A DNA stretch of 64,000 bases, taken from an uncultured bacterium (lineage in GTDB: Bacteria > Zixibacteria > MSB-5A5 > CAIYYT01). Under the pieces are notes generated by a model. That model made no database searches. It was not told the origin of the DNA and saw only the letters and a program-made list of their open reading frames with translations. The stretch covers positions 78,033-142,032 of the forward strand of contig CAVOPW010000014.1 in assembly GCA_963698225.1 (NCBI GenBank), written 5' to 3'. A program made the translations under genes and the position numbers. Each line of letters opens with the position of its first letter. The first letter of the stretch is position 1. This document shows positions 19,106-28,302 of this stretch, piece after piece.

Positions 19106-19969
19106 ATGATGATACACCCGGCCCGAAAACTGCTGGAAGCACTGGCCGACAATGAGTTGAGCCCGACTGAAGGCAGCGGCGAAGTTCGCGGGCATCTCGA
19201 GGTTTGCGAGTTCTGCCGTGAGTATTTCGAGGAGTATCGCGCCCACAGCAAGGCAGTTCGCGAACTGATGGACGCACCGCTATCCGAGCGAATGACGAAC
19301 TTCCTCAGTCGCCTCGCCCGGGAGGATCGCCGCGGGCTTGTCGTCAACCTGTCGGTACTCCCGGTTGAGACAGTGGCACCGCCCAAGTATCTCGCGGCTG
19401 ACAGTCCGACAGCCGAACGATTGGAAAACTTGAGCATCGCGACGCTGTATTCGGAAAACCCTGAAATTATCCTCAAGATGATGCGCAATCAAAGCGACGG
19501 ATCGCGATATCTGCAGTTGATAGCGGAATCGATTGAGCTGACCGCCAATGTCTTGGTGTGTGCTCCGGAAATCGGCGCCGCAATCGCCACAGATGCAGAT
19601 GGTCGCGCAACGCTTCCGGAGGCTGTCACCGACAATCCGTCAAGCCTGCAATGGCAGGTTCGACTTCCCGACGCCAGTTTCGATCTTCAGCCCCTGATCT
19701 ATGCTCCCGACAAAATTGAGTATTTGCGGGAAACGGTACTTGAGTCGGATCGCGGTGATCGCATCAAAGTCACCTTCATTGCAAAGACCGTTGGAAAACA
19801 AGTCGAGATTGAACTCCTGCAACTGGATGGACAGGAGAACTTTGATCGGGTGAGGATACTCCTGGTCGAAGACCGCCGCTTCGAGCTCCAATCTCTTGTT
19901 ACCGGGCAGCGGGTGCTGTTTACACTGCCGGAACGCACTTCAAGCATCAACCTGCGGATATTCCAATAA
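19106..19969 (+). CDS. Anti-sigma factor, zf-HC2 (ZAS) type, apparently soluble
   Basis: N-terminus 'LLEALADNELSPTEGSGEVRGHLEVCEFCREYFEEY' matches the anti-sigma zf-HC2 pattern (H-x3-C-x2-C). I see no hydrophobic TM stretch in the remaining ~240 aa. Confidence 0.6.
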   Translation: MMIHPARKLLEALADNELSPTEGSGEVRGHLEVCEFCREYFEEYRAHSKAVRELMDAPLSERMTNFLSRLAREDRRGLVVNLSVLPVETVAPPKYLAADSPTAERLENLSIATLYSENPEIILKMMRNQSDGSRYLQLIAESIELTANVLVCAPEIGAAIATDADGRATLPEAVTDNPSSLQWQVRLPDASFDLQPLIYAPDKIEYLRETVLESDRGDRIKVTFIAKTVGKQVEIELLQLDGQENFDRVRILLVEDRRFELQSLVTGQRVLFTLPERTSSINLRIFQ

Positions 19970-19973
19970 AGTC

Positions 19974-22299
19974 ATGACTCTGTCGCCGCTTCAATTTGCC
20001 AAGGAATGGGAAAAACTCAAATCCAACGTCGTCAATTCTGCCTCTGGCGACCGCGGCCTGCTGCATCTGTGTGACTTCTGGCCTCACTTGAGCACACACC
20101 TCAACGAGGCTGCCTATTCGTCGTATCTGGATGAGTATTGCTCGATGATGGTTCCGTTACTCGGCGAAGCAACTCTTGCCGACATGACTCCGCCCGAACT
20201 CGAGACCTTGATCAGCATCTTAGCGTCACTTGTAATCTCAAAGAAAGCGACCTCCGAACTTACAAGTTCATTGACCACCGTATATGAGTCTGCGGCGCGG
20301 CTCAGTTTCTATGTAGGCAATCTCGAAAACGGACTTCGGTATCTGGCAAAATCACTGACAACCGAAGCGCCTGACTATCCCGAATCTGAATTCAAAGACT
20401 TAACGGATATTGTCGCGTTGCAGCAATTGACGGATACGATTTCAACCCGGCATGAATCTCTGGGCAAAGCGCTGGGAAGTATCCTCGCCGCCTGGCAGGC
20501 CGAACGCCGGGCGGTCTCAAACGAGAGCTCATATTGTCTCTTGATCGACTCCGGCGGCACATCATTGACTCCGCGCGGGAGACTTATGCTCCTCCAGGGC
20601 GACGTCGAGATTGCCGGCAACCGCTCGTCGACCGACAAAGTGACATTTGCCGACATCGTTGTCGCCCCCGACGATCCAATGATCGGCGGTGCCTATCGAT
20701 CGCTCGAATCGGTCCGCCAGCTATTGCAACGGCAGGGAATCAGCAGTTTGGCAAAAAAGCGCTTCAATGCCAATTTTCGCATGGCCGGCGCCGATCATCG
20801 TCTGACTGGTGAATCAATGGGCCTGGCCTTTGCCCTTGTAGCATACACCCAACTCCTCAAATCCGAGGCCCACCGTGTCGAACGATTCAATTCTGCCGAA
20901 GTGGCCGTCACCGGAGTCTTGGACGACACTGGGACTCTTCTGCCGGTAAATGACAGCACAATCGCCATCAAAATCGCTCGCGCCTTCTTCTCCCACCTTC
21001 GCTATCTGGTGATCCCGGAACCCAATTTCGAATCTGCACGACTCGAATTATCCCGTCTGCAGGCAGAATATCCCCGTCGTCAATTGATTCTGGTCGGAGC
21101 GCGTTCGCTGGGCGATGCCGTGGCCGATCTGAACATCATTCGTTCTGAACGCGTCTGTATTGGCGAATGGGTCGGCAAACAGGCCGTCAAGTACAGCCGC
21201 ATGACCAAGGTTCAGGTTCCGATGCTGGCGATTCTGGCATATCTGATGCTATGCCTCATTCTACCGCAGGCTTGGATCCTCTTCGATGACAATCCGGCAT
21301 TCTTGCGTCCTGACCTGAAAACCGGCACGATTGAAGTATTCAATGCGGACTCGACCCGCCTCTGGACACATCAGTTTCCTCATGCATTCAATGATCACTT
21401 CACTGCGGCGCAGTTTCCAACCATGATGACGGCTTCGGACATAGATGGCGATGGTGACAACGAAGTGCTCGCTATTGCCCTGAATGAAAACGACGTAGAG
21501 GAAAATGCCTGGCTCTGCTGTTTTGACAGCAAGGGGACTCTCCGGTTTCGCCGATATTTGGTTGTGCCCAACGAGTACCCCGGCGATACCGACAGCACAA
21601 CTTACCATGGTTTTGCGGTTTATCCAGTTAGGATGAAGGACACAACTTACATGCTGACGATCGCGACGCAAGTCCTGCCGGCACGTTGTCACATACGCCT
21701 CTGGAATGCTAATGGAGACTCCCTTCTCTGGTTCATTCAGGCGGGCGGTAGCCGAGTTAGGCTGGCAAGAGACATTGACCTTGACGGCTCGGAAGAGATG
21801 GTTTTCTCCGCCTTCAACAATCGCCTTGGATGCGCTACCTTCTTTGCGGTCAATCTTGCGACCAAGAGCGGCTGTTCGCCCCCCTACGAAGATCCTCAAT
21901 ACGATCTTAGCAAATTGAAACGGGCATCTGACTTCTACTATGCGGCATTTCCGCCGACCGACCTTTGTGGACGCGACTGTTCCGCTCGGTATAATCAGCC
22001 GGGCGTCATCGGACTGCGTGACCGCAATGGCGGACTTATCGATGTATACACTTCGGAATCGCATATTCCGAACTGTGAAGCTGTTTATTCTCTCGATCGC
22101 GGCTTCCGCGCCAGGAATGTGGCTTTCACCGACGGCTATGTCGAACGACGGAAGGATCTGATCGACGCGGGCGAATTCCCAGTACCCCGACTCTGCCTAT
22201 TCTGCCAACATCTTGAATGCCGTCCGCTACTGGACAGCCAAAGGCTGGGTCACTGAAGGTGAGCTTCGCGCTCGCGATGGCGGCTCGGCGACTTTCTAA
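19974..22299 (+). CDS. Membrane-anchored Lon-like (S16) Ser-Lys peptidase domain protein with C-terminal FG-GAP/VCBS-like propeller; probable +1 frameshift at C4 run 22185-22188
   Basis: ATG at 19974, 4 nt after the upstream stop. 'LTGESMGLAFALVAYTQLL...VAVTGVLDDTGTLLPVNDSTIAIKIARAF' parallels Lon 'DGPSAG...AMTGE..L.G.V.PIGG..EK..AA' (Ser and Lys retained). TM helix 'VPMLAILAYLMLCLILPQAWILF'. FG-GAP-type 'ASDIDGDGDNEVLA' and 'ARDIDLDGSEEMVFS'. The observed frame ends at 22256 in implausible 'RLCLFCQHLECRPLL'. Deleting one C gives '...VPDSAYSANILNAVRYWTAKGWVTEGELRARDGGSATF*', ending at 22299. Confidence 0.6.
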
Positions 22300-22568
22300 C
22301 AGGACCGTTTCCCCTTATTCTCTTTCAGGATGCCGGAGACATTTCTTGCCGGTAGAGGCACAATTTTCGACAAATCCACTGGATCGGTACTATCTATTTA
22401 AGTGGCGGGATGTGCCAGTCGTTTTCGTTGGCTGTTCCTCAACTCAAGCCGATTGACATTGGCCCGGCCGGATGGCTGTTCGCCGAAGGGCGAAACCTCC
22501 GAAAAGATGTCAAAAGGCGGGGTAACTTCTTCGCCTCTCGGGGGGCGGTGAGAAGATTGAACCTGGAT

Positions 22569-22606
22569 GGCCGGCGGCGCAATGGGCGCTGCCGGCCTTA
22601 CTATTT
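22569..22606 (+). terminator. GC-rich hairpin / probable bidirectional terminator between convergent genes
   Basis: 12-bp stem GGCCGGCGGCGC / GCGCTGCCGGCC (one G.U pair) with a 5-nt loop, followed by TTACTATTTT on the + strand. It lies between the Lon-like gene and the end of the response-regulator gene. Confidence 0.45.
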
Positions 22607-22610
22607 TAGG

Positions 22611-23303
22611 CTAATTTACAATTAGCCGGAACCCTTTGCCATGAATACCCATGATCTCGATGCTGTCATCATCACGAAGATACTTACGCAGTTTGGAAAT
22701 GAACACATCCATGCTGCGGCCAGAGAAGTAGCTCTCGTCGCCCCAAATCTCTCGCAAAGCGACTTCCCGTTCCAAGATCTGATTCTTGTGGATACACAGC
22801 AGCCGCAAGAGGTCGGCCTCTTTGGGGGTCAGCTTGAATTGCTCTCCGTCCTTCGTCAAAAGCTGGCGATTGTAATCAAATGTAAACCTGCCGATCTCAA
22901 ACATCACCGGCAGATCAACCGGTTTTGGTGCCGGCTTGGATCGCCGTAATACCGCCGTTATGCGCAGCATCAATTCTTCCATACTGAAGGGCTTGGTAAG
23001 GTAATCATCACAGCCGATCTTGAAGCCCTCGATCTTGTCTTCTTTCAGCGACTTCGCCGTCAGAAAGATAAGCGGGACCTCCTGGTCACGTTCACGGACC
23101 TTTCGGGCAAACGTAAACCCATCAAGTTTCGGCATCATGACATCGACCAGGCACAAGTCATACTTGCTGCTACGATATGCGTTGAGACCTTCTTCCCCAT
23201 TGACGCAGAGCAGGACTTCGAAACCCTGCATCTGAAGGTGCTCCTGAAGAATGAAACCCAGGTTCGGATCGTCTTCCAGTAGTAATACCCTCTGCTTTGT
23301 CAT
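22611..23303 (-). CDS. OmpR/PhoB-family response regulator
   Basis: Receiver 'VLLLEDDPNLGFIL...DLCLVDVMMPKLDG...FLTAKS' and winged-helix 'LTPKEADLLRLL...VFISKLRKYL...GKGFRL'. Confidence 0.9.
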   Translation of the reverse strand: MTKQRVLLLEDDPNLGFILQEHLQMQGFEVLLCVNGEEGLNAYRSSKYDLCLVDVMMPKLDGFTFARKVRERDQEVPLIFLTAKSLKEDKIEGFKIGCDDYLTKPFSMEELMLRITAVLRRSKPAPKPVDLPVMFEIGRFTFDYNRQLLTKDGEQFKLTPKEADLLRLLCIHKNQILEREVALREIWGDESYFSGRSMDVFISKLRKYLRDDDSIEIMGIHGKGFRLIVN

Positions 23304-25022
23304 GAGTCCAGCTCTGTAGCGTCAACCGTCGGGAACCGAAGTTCAATTCTTGTCCCAACGCCGGGTTTACTCTCAAGACGAATCGATCCGCGGTGTGCTT
23401 CGACCATCATTTTCACGTAACTCAATCCCAGCCCGAATCCCTTGACGTTATGGACATTCCCGGAGGGAACGCGGTAGTATTTTTCGAAGACCAGTCTCTG
23501 CTCGGCCTCGGCAATTCCCAGGCCTTTGTCGGAAATGGTGACCACAAGTTCGGCGGCTTCATTCCTGGTGCGGACTTCAATCTCCGGCACATCCGGTGAG
23601 TACTTGATGGCGTTATCGAGCAGATTGTTGATGATGTTGGTGAGATGAAGATTATCCCCCAGCACAACGAAATGCGTTGCCGCCAAATCGCTGAATAGTC
23701 TGCCCCTGCGATTCTCGATGTGCAGACCGATACCTTCAACCGCGGTACGAACGATCTGATGAAGGTCGATCCGGGAAAGCTTGAGATCGTAGTCGCCCTC
23801 TTCGATAACAGCCAACTGCAGGATCTTTTCAACCTGATGGCGCATTCGCTGGTTTTCATCAAGGATCATCCGGCCATATTTGCCGATCCGCTCCGGTTGT
23901 TGAATTACATCGGGACGCATGATCGCCTCGCACGCCAGCGCCACAGTGGAAATCGGCGTCTTGAATTCGTGAGTCATATTATTGATAAAGTCGACAATGC
24001 GCACGGCAAACCGCTTCTGTGACAACATCACCCGGACAGTATAGGTGAAGACGGCAACAATGACGGCGATAAAAAGCAAATTGGTCAACACCAACATGCT
24101 CATCTGCTTCCACAAATAGACACTGCGTTCAGGGAAGGACACCGCCAAATCACTCCGCGCCGACAACCTGTCGCTGGGGAAGAGGCGCGTGCGAAAGCCG
24201 GCTTTCATCAATCGATCACGTGAGATTGAGGAAGACGCGACTCGTATGGAATCGTTGTCTCCGGAAAAGACGGCATACTCAAATTCAAGATGTATCCCCG
24301 ACTCGTCCAACGCCGTGCGCAGCAGTGTGTCCAGCTGTTCCCTCGTGATGCGTTGTTCAATCGGTTCCAGTTCGGCGACCACCATGTCGCTGACCACCCG
24401 CTTGAGATAGTTCTCTTTGCGCGTGGCCCCGATCATCGGCCCCAGCGGCATCAACTCCGAGCCGTTGTGTATTTGAAAGATCGTCGAAGCCGAATCGGTG
24501 CGAAACATGTACATCATTCGACTGCCGGTTTGCGGCAGATCACTGACGTCGACCTGATACTTGCCGGCGTTGCGAAAGGTGTCCACGACGACGCGATCGG
24601 TGCCTTGCGTCTGGTCATAGATCTTGATCAGGACATGCTGGGGACTCCCGACCTCGTAATTCAAGCACGCCATCAGCAATGGTCAACGGACAGTCCGCCA
24701 TGGCTGCAGAGAAGACACTGCCTTCGTCAATTAGCATGCCATCGACTTCAATCGAATCGTCGCCCGGCGCAGTCGAGTGCGCGACATTCACCTGCCACAG
24801 GGATTGGGTCGGGGCGGCCGTTCCTAACGCAATCGTGAATGTCTCGCTGTTTTCCAGTCGTTGGGAGACAGTAGTCAGCGCCATCAGGACATTGCGCCGG
24901 AAGACTTGCTCTTTCTGCTCAAGTGCCAGCTGCAGCAAGTAAACCTGCAGTGCGACCAGGCCGCCGAGCGAAATCACCATTAGCGCGATCACAACGCCAA
25001 CTGAACGACGCGATAAATTCAT
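23300..25022 (-). CDS. Sensor histidine kinase (HisKA + HATPase_c), split by a +1 frameshift in 24615-24685
   Basis: ORF 24615..25022 supplies the N-terminal TM and sensor part ('VVIALMVISLGGLVALQVYLL'). ORF 23300..24679 carries a second TM, the H-box 'NMTHEFKTPIS', the N-box 'NLLDNAIKYS' and G-boxes 'DKGLGI'/'GFGLGLS'. The two frames overlap by 65 nt and differ by +1. There is a 4-nt overlap with the RR gene. Confidence 0.85.
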
Positions 25023-25060
25023 TGCTACAATATACGCATGGAAACGCCCGGCACCAGAGC

Positions 25061-25110
25061 TCTTAACACTTCTTAACAGCCTATAACAAGCCTTAACTAC
25101 GCCGTTGACA
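25061..25110 (+). promoter_or_regulatory. Four 10-bp-phased direct repeats (TCTTAACA-like) abutting a TTGACA hexamer: candidate OmpR-type binding site/promoter for the 25176 operon
   Basis: TCTTAACACT (25061), TCTTAACAGC (25071), CTATAACAAG (25081) and CCTTAACTAC (25091), then TTGACA at 25105-25110. They sit in the divergent spacer between the HK/RR operon and the PDZ/ABC operon. Confidence 0.4.
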
Positions 25111-25175
25111 ACCTATGGGTTATCGTTGCCGTACGAAGACTATCGACTTTTACCAATCTGAAGAAGAGGTTTGCT

Positions 25176-25994
25176 ATGCTGAAAATCATTTTTGAAATTG
25201 CGCTGACCTTCCTTATCAGCAGCGCCAGTTCCCTGTTGGGTCAACAAGTTTTCGCGGCTGCCGATGGCGAGCCGCAAATGCGCATGTTCGCCTCCGGCGA
25301 AGTTGTCTTTCTCCCCGAAACCGGAGCCGTGATAATGCTCAAGGACAAGTCGTTGGTCATTGATATGGTCAGCCCGTCCGAGCAGCGCGCCAAAGAATAT
25401 CAAACGGTCGACCTGAAGATGAACGATCAGGTCCTGATGATTAACGGCAAGAAGGTTGTGACCATATCCGACCTCAAAACCGTCTATGATTCCGTCGCTA
25501 TCGGCTCCGATGTAAAACTCGGCATCCGCCGCGGCAAGGACATGATGATCGTCGCATTCCCCAAAGCTGATCAAACCAAAATGACACAACACCGGGTAAT
25601 GACCGTTGAGACCGACGATGCCGGTGAAGTCGTCAGTGGTACCGGGAACGGCAAACAAGTGATGACGTTTCGCGCCAGTGAAGGGGGAGTTGCCGTGATA
25701 CCGGAAATCGGACTGATACTTCATGAAGCCGATTCCAAGGTAAAAGTAGCCGGTCTGCTCGAGGCCGAACTCAATCCGGACAAGGACGCCGTGGCCGAAG
25801 GTGACGTGGTCAGCGCAATCATGTCCGGCAAAGTGAAGACGGTCAAAGAATTCACGGACATCTACGACAAAATTGCCGTCGGAGCCGAATTCACCGTTTC
25901 CATAAACCACGGTGGAAAAACCTTGACACTCAAAGCCACGAAAAAGGCCAAACCGGAAGGCACGAAAATTATCAGAACAATCGAGAACAATTAG
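25176..25994 (+). CDS. Secreted protein with two PDZ-like domains
   Basis: Signal peptide 'MLKIIFEIALTFLISSASSLLGQQ'. Two copies of a PDZ-like pattern: 'MNDQVLMINGKKVVTISDLKTVYDSVAIGSDVKLGIRRGKDMMIVAF' and 'EGDVVSAIMSGKVKTVKEFTDIYDKIAVGAEFTVSINHGGKTLTL'. Confidence 0.55.
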   Translation: MLKIIFEIALTFLISSASSLLGQQVFAAADGEPQMRMFASGEVVFLPETGAVIMLKDKSLVIDMVSPSEQRAKEYQTVDLKMNDQVLMINGKKVVTISDLKTVYDSVAIGSDVKLGIRRGKDMMIVAFPKADQTKMTQHRVMTVETDDAGEVVSGTGNGKQVMTFRASEGGVAVIPEIGLILHEADSKVKVAGLLEAELNPDKDAVAEGDVVSAIMSGKVKTVKEFTDIYDKIAVGAEFTVSINHGGKTLTLKATKKAKPEGTKIIRTIENN

Positions 25995-25997
25995 CCG

Positions 25998-27497
25998 ATG
26001 CCGCGCTTAACCGGTCTCATTCTGGCGCTATGCCTGTGCGTAGGATTCAACGGACTGACCGCCTACGGCCAAAGCAACAACTTCAATCAGCGTGATGACA
26101 AATACCGTTTGCTCGGTCTAAAGCGCGCCAAGGAGGCGTATGAAGTCGCACGGGCGGAATATCAACGACAGGAAGAGATGTTTACACGTCAGCTCATCAC
26201 CAAATCCGAACTTGAAAGAGCGCGCAACACCTTTTCCGATGCCGAGGTCAACTACCAGCAGTCCCTGTTGGCCGTCCTGTTTGAAGAGCAATACGTCACT
26301 GTCGAAGGCGCAGTGAAGTATCAGGACCAAAATGGACGCAAGCATGTGCGGCTGACCCTGGTCAATGCTTCCGGCGGCAGCGCGGAATTCTACAAGCTGA
26401 TCGAAATGGAGGATGAACTCTTTCGCTCGCTGCAGCCGGATGTCATCAACAACGTCTATGTGTCGTTGCTTAATGAAAACGGAGCGACCATTAGCCAGCC
26501 ATACGAAGCAAAAATTGAACAGCTCAAGTTCGGCGCGCCCGCCGTAATCGACTTCGCTCTTCTGCAGGACCTCGATGCCGTCACGGTATACCTCATCTAT
26601 GGCAGCGGCACGCAGCGCAATATGAAGATCTTCCTTCAAAAAGATGCTACCGTCAACATGGTCGCAGTGCAGTCAGAACAGTTCTCGCAGGAAGTCGAAC
26701 TTGGCAAGTCCGCCTCCTTTGACCTGACTCTGGAGCTGTATAGCGGCACCGAAAACACTTTCAGCCTCGAAGTCGTAAACCTGCCCGAGCAGATCAGTCG
26801 CTTTTTCAAAGAACCGTCCGGATCAGCTCGCTTGAGCCAGTTGAAGTTCACAGAAAGCACGCACACCAAGAAGGCATCCTTGGAAGTCACACTTCCCGAC
26901 CGCCCGACCGCGGCCGTCGAAATGGATAAGCCAATCGCATTTTACGTGTTGGTCATCCCGCGCGATCGCCTGAATGACCTGCCTGACTTGCGTTCAAAGG
27001 AATGGACGCAGAGCGAAATCGCAGCGCTGGGCGTGGGATTTGCAAGAATGGAAATCCTGCCTCGCGGTAAGGGCAAGTTGCTTGTGCGCGCAACGCAACT
27101 CTATCATGCCATCAAGTCCGACGGTACCGTCGTGATGAGCATCGACTTGGTCAATGAAGGCAGCCATCGGCTTGATAACATCGAGGTCAAGGCTGACATG
27201 CCGCTCAATTGGTCCAAGCAGATTGAACCGGCCATTGTCTCGAAACTGGAAATCGGCGGTGAAACCCGCGTCAATTTGACCTTCACACCGCCGGACAATA
27301 TCTCCGCGGGCAAATATGAAGTCCGCCTGCGAACGACGGCGATGTCCAATTCACAGCCGATTGTCAGTGAAGACAAAAGCGTCACTGTCGAGATACTTCC
27401 CGACTCCAATATTCTCGGAACACTGTTGATCCTGGTGCTGATCATTGGTCTTGTATCCGGCATTGTGATTTTCGGGATCAAACTTTCACGGCGATAG
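25998..27497 (+). CDS. Exported coiled-coil / NEW3-like beta-sandwich protein with C-terminal TM anchor (COG1470-like)
   Basis: Signal peptide. The N-terminal coiled coil 'RAKEAYEVARAEYQRQEEMF...ELERARNTFSDAEVNYQQSL' resembles a periplasmic adaptor hairpin. There are repeated beta-sandwich segments (e.g. 'GKYEVRLRTTAMSNSQPIVSEDKSVTVEI'). C-terminal TM 'LGTLLILVLIIGLVSGIVIFGI'. Confidence 0.45.
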   Translation: MPRLTGLILALCLCVGFNGLTAYGQSNNFNQRDDKYRLLGLKRAKEAYEVARAEYQRQEEMFTRQLITKSELERARNTFSDAEVNYQQSLLAVLFEEQYVTVEGAVKYQDQNGRKHVRLTLVNASGGSAEFYKLIEMEDELFRSLQPDVINNVYVSLLNENGATISQPYEAKIEQLKFGAPAVIDFALLQDLDAVTVYLIYGSGTQRNMKIFLQKDATVNMVAVQSEQFSQEVELGKSASFDLTLELYSGTENTFSLEVVNLPEQISRFFKEPSGSARLSQLKFTESTHTKKASLEVTLPDRPTAAVEMDKPIAFYVLVIPRDRLNDLPDLRSKEWTQSEIAALGVGFARMEILPRGKGKLLVRATQLYHAIKSDGTVVMSIDLVNEGSHRLDNIEVKADMPLNWSKQIEPAIVSKLEIGGETRVNLTFTPPDNISAGKYEVRLRTTAMSNSQPIVSEDKSVTVEILPDSNILGTLLILVLIIGLVSGIVIFGIKLSRR

Positions 27498-27528
27498 ATT
27501 CGAAATTGAATAGCTATGCGAGGTCCAA

Positions 27529-28290
27529 ATGAGTGAAACCCCTCTACCGACATCACAACCGATGCTTGAAGCAGTCAATTTGACCAAGCGTTACGAGGAC
27601 GGTGTGCTCGCACTCGACCGCGTATCGTTCCAGGTGCGGCCTGGCGAGATCTTTGCCATGCTCGGTGGCAACGGCGCCGGCAAGACCACAACGATAAATC
27701 TCTTCCTGAATTTCATCGAGCCGACCGACGGCGAGGCCCGCATCAACGGCATCGTCACGCATCTCTACCCCCTGAAGGCTAAGGAGCAGATCGCCTTCGT
27801 GTCCGAAAACGTGATGCTCTACGCTAATTTCACGGCGATTCAGAATCTTGATTTCTTTGCGCGCCTGGGCGGTCAAACACGCTATACGCGGGAAGACTAT
27901 CACAATGTCCTCTTGCGCGTCGGCCTGGCGAAGGAGGCGCATAACAAGCGCCTGCGGGGATATTCCAAAGGAATGCGACAGAAGTGCGGAATCGCAATCG
28001 CCATTCTCAAGAATGCTCCGGCCATCCTGCTCGATGAACCGACTTCCGGACTCGACCCCAAAGCCGGACACGATTTTATCGAGCTGTTGGGTTCACTGCG
28101 CGCGGAAGGGAAAGCGATACTGATGTCGACTCACGATATTTTCCGGGCCAAGGAAATCGCCGACACCGTGGCGATCATGAACGACGGAAGGATCATTATG
28201 CAGCGACCGGCCGCGGACCTTGTCGATCACAACCTTGAACAACTCTATATGCAGTATATGGCCGGGCGATCATCGGAACTTGTCGGTTGA
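27529..28290 (+). CDS. ABC transporter ATP-binding protein (ABC-2 subfamily)
   Basis: Walker A 'GGNGAGKTTT', signature 'YSKGMRQK', Walker B 'ILLDEPTSGLDP' and H-loop 'STHD'. Confidence 0.9.
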   Translation: MSETPLPTSQPMLEAVNLTKRYEDGVLALDRVSFQVRPGEIFAMLGGNGAGKTTTINLFLNFIEPTDGEARINGIVTHLYPLKAKEQIAFVSENVMLYANFTAIQNLDFFARLGGQTRYTREDYHNVLLRVGLAKEAHNKRLRGYSKGMRQKCGIAIAILKNAPAILLDEPTSGLDPKAGHDFIELLGSLRAEGKAILMSTHDIFRAKEIADTVAIMNDGRIIMQRPAADLVDHNLEQLYMQYMAGRSSELVG

Positions 28291-28302
28291 GCGGAGGAAC
28301 GC

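Noticed and set aside
22217-22625. ORFs 22217-22456 (79 aa) and 22410-22625 (71 aa).
   Set aside because: The first overlaps the better-supported frameshift-corrected C-terminus of the Lon-like gene in another frame. Both are R/G/S-rich, have no SD and carry no motifs.
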